From the IMG/VR virus record IMGVR_UViG_3300042997_000098, positions 1-26,810 of that record: a DNA stretch of 26,810 bases; one strand, 5' to 3'. The notes beneath the pieces are model-generated. The model was not told where the DNA came from, searched no databases, and worked only from the letters and a program-made list of their open reading frames with translations. Each line of letters opens with the position of its first letter. Within the stretch, counting starts at the first letter, position 1. Below are positions 8,871 through 16,791 of the stretch, piece by piece. This DNA comes from a virus (lineage: Duplodnaviria > Caudoviricetes). The position numbers and the translations under genes are program-made.

Positions 8871-8930
8871 ATGGGTAAACTTTTTTTTAAAAATTGTGAT
8901 GAACGGCAAATATTAAGGATAAGCGGTAAA

Positions 8931-10079
8931 TTATAGGAATGCATACCTGCCTGTGCCACGTTTAAGGCTGAAATTCTGCCAAGCCAATGCCAGAGCCATA
9001 ACGGCATCATCATGGAAGCCGGAAGGTGCAGAGTACTTTACACCCGTTGCAGTATATTGATACTCAAAGACTTCAAGCTCTTGGCTTATTATCCCCTCTG
9101 GATAGCCAATCTTACCTTGATGTATCGCAGCCTGTAAGCCTTCCATTAGTTGCTGCTTACTTGAACTTGTGAACTTTAAGCCTTGTATCATTACCCCTTC
9201 TCTTTGTAGGTCTTCTAAGATAGGGTCTCCAACCCCCGTAGAATCGACTAAAATAGGGCATTTAGGCAGTCTAAGGATAGTTTGCTTGGTATTGTGCCAA
9301 TCCATTTGGAAGCGGTCAAAATAAGCCACATTTCCGTCTTCGTCTAAGCCTACTATTACAGTCCAATCGACTGACTTCGCAAGGTCAATCCCATAAGCTA
9401 CTACCGGCATACTTGTAACAGGGTGTAAGCACTTGCGTATATGTTGGCTGCCGAAGGGGTTAGCTGCGTTCTCTGCCGGGTTTGCCATATACTCCTGCTC
9501 AAACACAACCTCTGGTAATTGCTTTCTAGCATCGTCTATCTCGTTAGGGTCTATGTACGGGTTATCGTATGTAGTAAACTTAAAGCTCTGCCAATCCGGC
9601 TCTGCTTTGCTAAACAAACTAAAAAAGTAATTCTTACCTTTTGGGGTGCTAAGGAATATAGCTTTACCCTTGTAGTCTGTTAAGGTAGGTCTTATTGAGT
9701 TTAGCCACCCGTCTTCTAAGTTAGGTATAAAGGAAGCCTCGTCTACTATTACCAGATTGAACTTTCTACCTCTCAGGTTATCCAAGCGTTCCCCTGTAAA
9801 GAACTCCACCTTGCCACCATTAGGGAAGCTAATATTTAAGTCCGATTTGTTATTAGGGAAGGGAAGGCTATTGCAAAGCTTCTCAAAAAATACCTTTGCT
9901 AGTTTATAGGTAGGGGTTATGTAAGCAACCTGACCGCCTTTAATTGCGGTTGTAATACATTTGATTTGGCTTAACTCCGATTTGCCGAACCTTCTACCGC
10001 ACATCACAACTATGTATCTGGCTTCGCAGTCAAGTATCTTCTTTTGGTTTATATGTCCGTTAGGTAGTTCTATCCGCAT
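8931..10079 (-). CDS. terL: Terminase large subunit
   Basis: Walker A GRRFGKS, Walker B LVIVDEA, coupling motif STP, and RNase H-like nuclease motifs GIDLA and HDDAVMALALA. Confidence 0.95.
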   Translation of the reverse strand: MRIELPNGHINQKKILDCEARYIVVMCGRRFGKSELSQIKCITTAIKGGQVAYITPTYKLAKVFFEKLCNSLPFPNNKSDLNISFPNGGKVEFFTGERLDNLRGRKFNLVIVDEASFIPNLEDGWLNSIRPTLTDYKGKAIFLSTPKGKNYFFSLFSKAEPDWQSFKFTTYDNPYIDPNEIDDARKQLPEVVFEQEYMANPAENAANPFGSQHIRKCLHPVTSMPVVAYGIDLAKSVDWTVIVGLDEDGNVAYFDRFQMDWHNTKQTILRLPKCPILVDSTGVGDPILEDLQREGVMIQGLKFTSSSKQQLMEGLQAAIHQGKIGYPEGIISQELEVFEYQYTATGVKYSAPSGFHDDAVMALALAWQNFSLKRGTGRYAFL

Positions 10080-10441
10080 TAAAGAATTGTCTTGCCGTCT
10101 ACAAATACTATTTCAATTCTGTTATCTGTTTGTATATCCATTTGTTCTTTTGGCTTACCATAAACACGGGTTAGCAAAGTTTCTAAACTATAAAGGCTGC
10201 CCTTCTCTAAGCTCTTACGCATAGCTGCTGCAATCGTCTTTTCTAATATCGTTGCCTTCGGGTTATCCCATACTGTTTTAAGTTCCTCTAAGTCCATTGA
10301 CATCATAGCTTGGATAGTATCGTTTATCTCCGCAAGTTTATAGCCTTGCTCTTTGAGTAGGCTTACATACTTACGAGGTCTGCCATTTGGGTTTCTTATC
10401 TCGCCTTTTTGTACTGGTTTCAAATTATGTTCGTTTGCCAT
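10079..10441 (-). CDS. terS: Terminase small subunit
   Basis: N-terminal NLKP.QKGE.RNPNGRP motif and C-terminal YGKPKEQ. It lies immediately upstream of terL with a TAATG overlap. Confidence 0.7.
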   Translation of the reverse strand: MANEHNLKPVQKGEIRNPNGRPRKYVSLLKEQGYKLAEINDTIQAMMSMDLEELKTVWDNPKATILEKTIAAAMRKSLEKGSLYSLETLLTRVYGKPKEQMDIQTDNRIEIVFVDGKTIL

Positions 10442-10465
10442 ATCTTCTTATTTATCTCTTTGTTA

Positions 10466-11635
10466 TTACAAAGGTAACCCGTTCTTTTTAATAACTAATG
10501 TCGGGTCAAGTTTACGCATCCTATCTACTATCACTTGGCAATATTTAGGGTCAAGTTCCATTCCGTAGCACTTCCTTTTTAATTGGTGTGATGCTATCAT
10601 TGTAGAACCAGAACCTAAAAAGAAATCAAAAACTATACTACTTAAATTTGAACTTATCTTAATTTCATTTGCTATTAATTCTATTGGCTTTATAGTAGGG
10701 TGGTCATTTGATTTTTCATTATCTAATATAAAATATTTCCCATAATTAACATCTAAACCTGAATTAAAAATAGCTGATTTAGATATATAAATTAAATATT
10801 CTGTATCTGGGAAATGATGATTATTTGAAGCTGGTATAAAAGATTTTTTATGCCAAGTTAAAATATTAAAATTAAATTTATTTTCTTTTGCCCAAATACA
10901 ATAATCTGGAACTAAATCAGTGTTGCAAAAAATATAAGCATTTATGCCTTTATTAAAAACCAATGGTAAAGTTTGTAGAAAATCAGTTGGGTCAAAGTTT
11001 ACTATATCTTTTATGTCTTCTTTTAATTTTTCATAACCTTCATTAAACACGCCACCACTTCCCATTTTTTTATACCTATATGGTGGGTCTGTAAATACCA
11101 TATCAGCCTTTTGCCCGTTCATTAACAAAGCCACTTGGTCGCTATCAGTACTATCTCCACAAAGCAATCGGTGTTCCCCTATCTCGAATAAATCTCCTAA
11201 TACTATATCCGTTTCAATGCCTCCGTCTGGAACTGCAAAATCGTCTTCCTCAGCTTCTATAACTTCTGCATCAAAACCAGGTATGTCTAACCCCCAATCT
11301 TGTAGCTGCTCTGCATCCCAATTATTTGCAAGGTCGTTCCAATCCCACTCGCCATAGCCTACGTTGTCTTTAACTATAAACTCCTTTTGTTGCTGCTCGG
11401 TTAATTCACTTGCTTTAATAATAGGTATCTCTTTAAGTCCGGCTTCCTTACAAGCCTTTAATCTCATATTGCCACCTAGAACTACCATATCATCATTTAC
11501 AACAATAGGTCTAAGGTTTAGCATCTGAGGGAACTCGTTAATTGACTTTACAAGCTTTGCAAACTTATCGTCTTTAATTATTCTGGGGTTGTTCGGGTTT
11601 GCTTTAACTGTGTTGATTGCTACGTTTTGTATCAT
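10466..11635 (-). CDS. ParB-N domain fused to N6A/N4C DNA methyltransferase (beta class)
   Basis: ParB-like NPNNPR...LGGNMRLKA, catalytic DPPY, HPTIKP, and SAM motif DFFLGSGST located after the catalytic motif. Confidence 0.9.
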   Translation of the reverse strand: MIQNVAINTVKANPNNPRIIKDDKFAKLVKSINEFPQMLNLRPIVVNDDMVVLGGNMRLKACKEAGLKEIPIIKASELTEQQQKEFIVKDNVGYGEWDWNDLANNWDAEQLQDWGLDIPGFDAEVIEAEEDDFAVPDGGIETDIVLGDLFEIGEHRLLCGDSTDSDQVALLMNGQKADMVFTDPPYRYKKMGSGGVFNEGYEKLKEDIKDIVNFDPTDFLQTLPLVFNKGINAYIFCNTDLVPDYCIWAKENKFNFNILTWHKKSFIPASNNHHFPDTEYLIYISKSAIFNSGLDVNYGKYFILDNEKSNDHPTIKPIELIANEIKISSNLSSIVFDFFLGSGSTMIASHQLKRKCYGMELDPKYCQVIVDRMRKLDPTLVIKKNGLPL

Positions 11636-11853
11636 AGTATTCCGTTGATTATGTCGTTTGCTTCGTCTATTGCGTCTTCTTGGTCTAAGTAAGTGTCTAC
11701 ATCTGCTATGTGCTTATTTATTAAAGTTTCTGCCATAGCATAGGTATAATTGCCTATGGTGGTCATATCGTCTCCATTCATACCTGTCTTACATACTGCA
11801 ACAAAGTAAGCCTTATGTGTAAGGAGCAGCCATATAGCAGTTAGCTTTCTCAT
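11632..11853 (-). CDS. Hypothetical protein
   Basis: 73-aa ORF with ATGA overlaps on both sides. Confidence 0.65.
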   Translation of the reverse strand: MRKLTAIWLLLTHKAYFVAVCKTGMNGDDMTTIGNYTYAMAETLINKHIADVDTYLDQEDAIDEANDIINGIL

Positions 11854-11972
11854 CTGCCTTGCCCTTTATATGCTTTCGGTCTCGGGTTATGTTTATTAAA
11901 GGACTTCTTAGCAAAGCCTCGCTTCCTTTTCCCAAAGCTAATTTTATTCTTGTTCTCGCTACCTTTTGCCAT
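11850..11972 (-). CDS. Small basic protein ending in YKGQGR (40 aa, not in ORF track)
   Basis: MAKGSENKNKISFGKRKRGFAKKSFNKHNPRPKAYKGQGR. It fills the gap exactly, with ATGA coupling to the next gene. Confidence 0.75.
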   Translation of the reverse strand: MAKGSENKNKISFGKRKRGFAKKSFNKHNPRPKAYKGQGR

Positions 11973-12231
11973 TTGGTATGTTTTTTAAATGTATCTCAAA
12001 TATTTCCTCAGCAGTCCACCTATTTTTAAAATCATAGTCGTAATGGCACTCTCTACACATAGCACATAAATTAGTTATATGGTCTTGGAGTTGTTTTCTT
12101 TTACTGCCAAATTTAGACCTTGCAACTATGTGTGCTATATCTACGGCTACTTTGCCACACACTTCACAAAGAATGGTATCTGACGAATCAAACCCCATTC
12201 CTTGTAAATAGTTTAAAGTGTGTCTCTGCAT
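11959..12231 (-). CDS. HNH endonuclease-like protein (packaging-associated)
   Basis: CEVC...DIAHI...NLCAMCRECH zinc/HNH pattern, close to the terminase genes. Confidence 0.75.
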   Translation of the reverse strand: MQRHTLNYLQGMGFDSSDTILCEVCGKVAVDIAHIVARSKFGSKRKQLQDHITNLCAMCRECHYDYDFKNRWTAEEIFEIHLKNIPNGKR

Positions 12232-12294
12232 AGTTTCCCCATTAAATTTTCCGTTGATTAATAATTAATTGATTAAAAAATTTAACTATGCAAA

Positions 12295-12717
12295 TTATTT
12301 TCCGTCTATCTCTTTTAGTTTGTTAATAGCCCACTCAATCCCACTCGTACCGCCCCATGCGTCAAACATAAGACCACCACAACCTTCGCTATATGGTACA
12401 TCTTTATGCTGCTGATGTCTTTTAAAGGAAGCCATACGAGCAATAGTGTCTCTGCTAATCGGCTCTCTGTTTGCTAACTGCCTTGCTCTTGCTTTGCCGG
12501 TTGCTTCTCCGCATGAACCCCACCCGTGTTTCTCTACCCACTCCAAAGCTCTCTTTGCGTTATTAGTTGCTGATTCTGGGTAATCGGTATAGCTATCCGC
12601 AAACTTGCCATATGCAAGAATAGCTTTCCAAACTTGCATAGCTTTTTCTTCGGTATTGTAAACACAACCTCCGTTACCTATTCTCCATTTTCCTGAACTG
12701 CATTTATATATTGGCAT
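12295..12717 (-). CDS. Conserved phage protein of unknown function
   Basis: The domain SYTDYPESATNNAKRAL...GKARARQLANREPIS...WGGTSGIEWA recurs in phage head regions. Confidence 0.7.
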   Translation of the reverse strand: MPIYKCSSGKWRIGNGGCVYNTEEKAMQVWKAILAYGKFADSYTDYPESATNNAKRALEWVEKHGWGSCGEATGKARARQLANREPISRDTIARMASFKRHQQHKDVPYSEGCGGLMFDAWGGTSGIEWAINKLKEIDGK

Positions 12718-13708
12718 CTATTAGTTTTGTATAAATATACTTTCTGTCTAAATTTATCTCCTCAAAGTTATAGTTCTTTTTGCAAAACTCAAATAGTTTC
12801 TCTCCGCTTTCCTTTCGCATCTGCTCATCATTAACTAAATCTTTAATATGCTTATACCAATCCTTTTGACTTTTAACATAATGTACCGGCATATTTAGGT
12901 AAGGATTGACATAACTAACAACGGCAGGGTTCTTTTTTGCAGCCGTTTCTAATACTTTTAAATTTGACTTCATAGCGTTAAACTTGTTATCTACCAGAGG
13001 AACTATTGAAATGTCGCTATCTGTATAAGCCCCCATATATTCTGTAACCTTTGCATAGTTGTAAATAGTTGGGTTAAGTTTTAGTCCACAAGTAAAGGCA
13101 TCTATCATTTTATCCCATACAGGCTTTTCGCCATCGTTGTACCCGGCTATTACAGTTCTTATATTCATACCTTGTAACCTTTTAAAAGGGTGTCTAATTA
13201 AATCAAGGTCTCGTTCGTGTGTTCCGCTGCCTGACCAGAATAGTCTAATCTTGTCGCTATCTAACTTCTCATCTCTAAATTGCTCGTCTCCATAAGGTAA
13301 AGCGTTTGGTAAGATGTGAACGTTCTTATTGTATTTAGTTATCTCTGCTGCTAATCTTTCGTGAGTGCAGGTGCAAAGGTCAGCAATTTCTAAATAATCA
13401 GTAATAAGTTTAGGTATGTTATTGAGCTTGTATCTTAAATACAACAAATGGCTTTCGTTAAGTTCCCAATAATCATCGTTATCTACTACTAACTTAAAGC
13501 CGTATTTAGTGCGCCAAGCCTCCATTTGCTTTGCATCTATCTCATTAAGCATTCTGTTCATTAGCACAATATCCCACCCTTGTTCTAATAACTCATCATT
13601 AAGTACGTCTGTGATAAGCGCATACTCTTTTTCCATGTGTACTATTGGCATCATTATTCTGTGGAAGCCAACACCTGAGTTAGCAGAAGTTATACAAAGT
13701 ATTCGCAT
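12704..13708 (-). CDS. Glycosyltransferase, GT-B fold (GT4-like)
   Basis: Likely start MRILCIT at 13708. Motifs include SGVGFHR, VVDNDDYW, ILPNA, WSGSGTH and DISIVPL..NKFNAMKSNLKVLE. Confidence 0.8.
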   Translation of the reverse strand: MRILCITSANSGVGFHRIMMPIVHMEKEYALITDVLNDELLEQGWDIVLMNRMLNEIDAKQMEAWRTKYGFKLVVDNDDYWELNESHLLYLRYKLNNIPKLITDYLEIADLCTCTHERLAAEITKYNKNVHILPNALPYGDEQFRDEKLDSDKIRLFWSGSGTHERDLDLIRHPFKRLQGMNIRTVIAGYNDGEKPVWDKMIDAFTCGLKLNPTIYNYAKVTEYMGAYTDSDISIVPLVDNKFNAMKSNLKVLETAAKKNPAVVSYVNPYLNMPVHYVKSQKDWYKHIKDLVNDEQMRKESGEKLFEFCKKNYNFEEINLDRKYIYTKLIDANI

Positions 13709-14373
13709 CTTATATTCTTTTGGTTGTGATAGATGTCCTGATATTTTTCCCACACGCTTTGCGCCCTTGCCAAGCTTTCGTCTTTCATTCGTCTGTAATC
13801 TGTTCCGTTGCCTACATCGTGTCCGATGTGTTCTGACCTCATATCCGGCAGGTAGTAATTTGTAAAGCCTGTAATAGTTGCTCGTTCTCCGTAATCTCTA
13901 TCCTGCATTCCGTAGGGGTCGTACTCTTCGTTATAACCGCCAACCGCGTCTATAAGCTCACGAGTGATAAAGTTATCGCCAAAAGGTGTATGCGTTTTAT
14001 GTACCCCGTCTACTATTGGTGGCAGTTCCTCTACACAATGTATACCAATAATGCCAGTTTTTGACACACGTTGAGAAAACATAACCCATTTTGACAACCA
14101 ATTCTCAGGTAGTAAAATGTCATTGGCTAATAAACAAACCGCATCATAGTTTTGAGTTATCCTAAGTCCTGCATTTACTCCGGCTGCTATTCCTCGCTTT
14201 TCTTTTGATAAATCATATCCGGCAAACGGATAGTTAAAGTTCTCGTGCGTATCGCTGCCGTTATCTATTAAGAAGCAGTCTGCATTGTAACCTGAGTTGT
14301 AAAAGTTCTGGTTAATTACACGCTGCGTTAAATCGTGCCTGTTTTGTGTAAGTAATAAAATAGCTACTTTCAT
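13690..14373 (-). CDS. Glycosyltransferase, GT-A fold (GT2-like)
   Basis: LIDNGS, GIAAGVNAGL, LANDILLP (DxD variant) and GGYNEEYDPYGMQDRDY. Confidence 0.85.
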   Translation of the reverse strand: MKVAILLLTQNRHDLTQRVINQNFYNSGYNADCFLIDNGSDTHENFNYPFAGYDLSKEKRGIAAGVNAGLRITQNYDAVCLLANDILLPENWLSKWVMFSQRVSKTGIIGIHCVEELPPIVDGVHKTHTPFGDNFITRELIDAVGGYNEEYDPYGMQDRDYGERATITGFTNYYLPDMRSEHIGHDVGNGTDYRRMKDESLARAQSVWEKYQDIYHNQKNIRCEYFV

Positions 14374-14852
14374 TATCTTATATTTGAGCCGATTTCCCTT
14401 GCCGGAACTCCTGCGTATTTAGTATTTGCTTTTGCTTCGCCTTTTAAGAAGGCACTTGCTCCTATCATACAGTTCTCGCCAACGTGTGCAAACTGATGTA
14501 GAACTGCGTTAAGTCCTATATTGCTTCCTTCTTCTATAATCGAATGTCCACCTATTTTTGCTCCGCAGCTTATTGTAACGTTGTCTAAAATATTACAATC
14601 GTGTCCAATGTGTGCGTGTTTCATTATGAAACAATTATTACCAATGAAGGTGTCTATCTCCGTTCCTGCATCTATTGTTACAAGTCCTGTAATAACATTG
14701 TTATCGCCAATGTAAACTTTGCCTTTTTCTTTTTGCCAGAACTTCTTATGCTCGGCTTTGTCTCCGATAATACAATAAGGACCGATGTAGTTGCCATCTC
14801 CGATAATTACGTTATCGCCTATAATAGCGGTAGGGTGGATAAAGTTTGCCAT
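14373..14852 (-). CDS. Left-handed beta-helix acyl/acetyltransferase (LpxA-like)
   Basis: Hexapeptide repeats, IHPTAII, HAHIGHDC (matches the LpxA catalytic His region) and AGVPAR. Confidence 0.85.
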   Translation of the reverse strand: MANFIHPTAIIGDNVIIGDGNYIGPYCIIGDKAEHKKFWQKEKGKVYIGDNNVITGLVTIDAGTEIDTFIGNNCFIMKHAHIGHDCNILDNVTISCGAKIGGHSIIEEGSNIGLNAVLHQFAHVGENCMIGASAFLKGEAKANTKYAGVPAREIGSNIR

Positions 14853-14854
14853 AG

Positions 14855-15559
14855 TTAAGTAGTACAAGCGCAGTCATACGCAGGGTTTATGTTATCTAAA
14901 TCAAATTCCTTAAACAAGTTATTCTGTGATATACTTTTAAGCGTTTCTATTGTTACTCCGTTAAAGTAAGTGTATTTGCTATTCTTTTCGTCATTTATCC
15001 ATTCGTCTGCAAGTTCTGGGAACTCCCTCAATATTGCTAAGATAGCGTTTTTACCTTTCATAAAACACAAAGTACAGTTGCCTAATATAGAAGGTATTTC
15101 CAAAGTGTAAGGCTTTTTGCTCCAATACTCATTTACCATTTGCTTGGTTACCTTGTTTTCAAACAAAGGGAACTTATCGTGTACCTTCTTAAATCTTTGA
15201 GTGCGTCTGCTAACTCGCATTGGTTCGTCATATCTAAACCCTACTAAGTTTTCAAATTCTCTAACTCCTATGCTTCTTAAATATCTTTTAGCAGTTTTAA
15301 TCTTTAATTCTATTGTGCAAAATCTTTTGAACTGATTAGGTAAGGCTTTATTCTTTTTTAACATTCCAGTAAAGCCACCTTCATAACTTATTCTTGTTAC
15401 GGGTATATTTTCAAATGCTTCAAAGTCATTAATAAATTTATAGGTCTTAGGGTGTTCCCTCATAGTATCGCAGAACAATACTATATCTCCCGGCTTATAT
15501 TCTTGGATAGTCATATAAGCAGAAGTTTTGCCACCGCTAAAATTAATTACTCTTTGCAT
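14855..15559 (-). CDS. PAPS-reductase family / PP-loop protein
   Basis: FSGGKTS PP-loop, DTMREH, RFCTIELK, GFRYDEPMR, GNCTLC and terminal CAC. Confidence 0.85.
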   Translation of the reverse strand: MQRVINFSGGKTSAYMTIQEYKPGDIVLFCDTMREHPKTYKFINDFEAFENIPVTRISYEGGFTGMLKKNKALPNQFKRFCTIELKIKTAKRYLRSIGVREFENLVGFRYDEPMRVSRRTQRFKKVHDKFPLFENKVTKQMVNEYWSKKPYTLEIPSILGNCTLCFMKGKNAILAILREFPELADEWINDEKNSKYTYFNGVTIETLKSISQNNLFKEFDLDNINPAYDCACTT

Positions 15560-15797
15560 TGCGTTTAGGTTTTGGTTGTTCTTCGTACCAAGTATACAAG
15601 CGTTTAATCATATCGAATATACAATTTCCGCACCATACTGTTAAGATAAAATCTGCACTCATATACTTCCGGTAAATATGCTCGTACATTTTTAAGATGT
15701 CTAAATCGATATTACGCACATAACCATTCTGGACTGTGTGCCAATTACCAACGTTATCATCTAAAAATTTTCTGTGTTCTATTTCCATAAGTTCCAC
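15543..15797 (-). CDS. Hypothetical protein with CxxC
   Basis: 84 aa with WCGNC. Overlaps both neighbours. Confidence 0.65.
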   Translation of the reverse strand: MELMEIEHRKFLDDNVGNWHTVQNGYVRNIDLDILKMYEHIYRKYMSADFILTVWCGNCIFDMIKRLYTWYEEQPKPKRNAKSN

Positions 15798-16012
15798 ATT
15801 AGTTTAGATAGTAAAGGTGCTGCCACTCCCGGTATAAATACAAACGCAATAACATCGGTACATATTGCAGGTAGTAAATATAAAGCCAATCCGCTCCAAG
15901 CTGCTAAACAACTCGTGCAGCTAAACGGCTTAAAATCTAGTTTCCACTTTCTATGAAATTGGTGTATCTCTACAAAGAATATTGCAAAGCATATAGCTGC
16001 TATAATTATCAT
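15779..16012 (-). CDS. Small membrane protein with CxxC
   Basis: Hydrophobic segments flank KPFSCTSCLAAW. ATGA-coupled to the sigma-like gene. Confidence 0.65.
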   Translation of the reverse strand: MIIIAAICFAIFFVEIHQFHRKWKLDFKPFSCTSCLAAWSGLALYLLPAICTDVIAFVFIPGVAAPLLSKLMWNLWK

Positions 16013-16485
16013 TTGCGTAATTGTTTTTTAAGTTCTCGTTTAGTTAGTTTAAGTTCCCTATGTATTGACATATAAGGTATGCCGGTTACTCTGCTTAGTT
16101 CTTTTGCGTTGCAGTTATGCTTTATAGCGTACACCCTTAAAAGTTCTGCTTTGTACCAATGCATCTTAGATAACTCGTCTTCTACTTTGTTAAGCAAATC
16201 CTCGTCTCTATCATGTGCTATTAACTCAACTTCTAATGGCTTTCTATAAGTCCTATAAAATTGGCTAGTATTACTCTGCATCATGTTAATCATAGTGCGA
16301 ACCAAGTAGAATTTTAATACGTTTCTTTTTCGCATATCTATTATGCGTTCCTCGTCCATTTCACATAGAACTTTAAATAGTTCACTTCTTAAATCTTCTC
16401 GCAGGTCTTCCGGCTGCATCTTGTCTATTGCTTCCTTTAATTCTCGGCTCTCCCAAAGTTCTAATATGATGCTATTCTTGTTCAT
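16009..16485 (-). CDS. Phage sigma70/ECF-like transcription factor
   Basis: Region 2-like EDLRSELFKVL...FYLVRTMIN and region 4-like HTH LSKMHWYKAELL...AKELSRVTGIPYMSIHRELK. Confidence 0.65.
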   Translation of the reverse strand: MNKNSIILELWESRELKEAIDKMQPEDLREDLRSELFKVLCEMDEERIIDMRKRNVLKFYLVRTMINMMQSNTSQFYRTYRKPLEVELIAHDRDEDLLNKVEDELSKMHWYKAELLRVYAIKHNCNAKELSRVTGIPYMSIHRELKLTKRELKKQLRK

Positions 16486-16777
16486 ATTCTTTTAAGGTTA
16501 GTTTGCCGTTCTCTTCGGTTGCTATGTAGCAGAAACAATTTGATGTCTTTGCTAAGTTTAAAAATGCTATTTGATAGCTGCTGAGTTTATCTCCTATGGC
16601 TTTGGTCTCGCAGTATACTGCTACTCCTGTTTGTGTGTGGAAGCCAACAACATCTGGAACTCCTTTAAGTCCTATAAAAGTTCTACCTCTAACCGCTAAA
16701 TTGTTATTGCGCCATACAAAGCACCCGTTTTTGTTTAAGGTCTTTATTGCTTCTTTGGTTAATTCGTTTGCGGTCAT
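16472..16777 (-). CDS. VRR-NUC (PD-(D/E)xK) nuclease / resolvase
   Basis: Likely start MTANELTK at 16777. Motif GVPDV...CETK..GDKLSSYQIAF. Confidence 0.85.
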   Translation of the reverse strand: MTANELTKEAIKTLNKNGCFVWRNNNLAVRGRTFIGLKGVPDVVGFHTQTGVAVYCETKAIGDKLSSYQIAFLNLAKTSNCFCYIATEENGKLTLKEYEQE

Positions 16778-16781
16778 AAAG

Positions 16782-16789
16782 CAAAAATA
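16782..16789 (-). promoter_or_regulatory. TAnnTTTG -7 box (TATTTTTG), probably giving a leaderless transcript
   Basis: Exact match to the Bacteroidota consensus, 4 nt upstream of ATG 16777. Confidence 0.5.
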
Positions 16790-16791
16790 TA

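Noticed and set aside
14373-14852. Calling the gene lpxA (lipid A synthesis)
   Set aside because: It is only 159 aa and lacks the LpxA C-terminal helical domain. The substrate cannot be assigned.
14855-15559. Calling the gene cysH (sulfate-assimilation AMG) or a Dnd phosphorothioation system
   Set aside because: It lacks the CysH C-terminal ECGLH motif, and no other cys or dnd/ssp genes are in the window.
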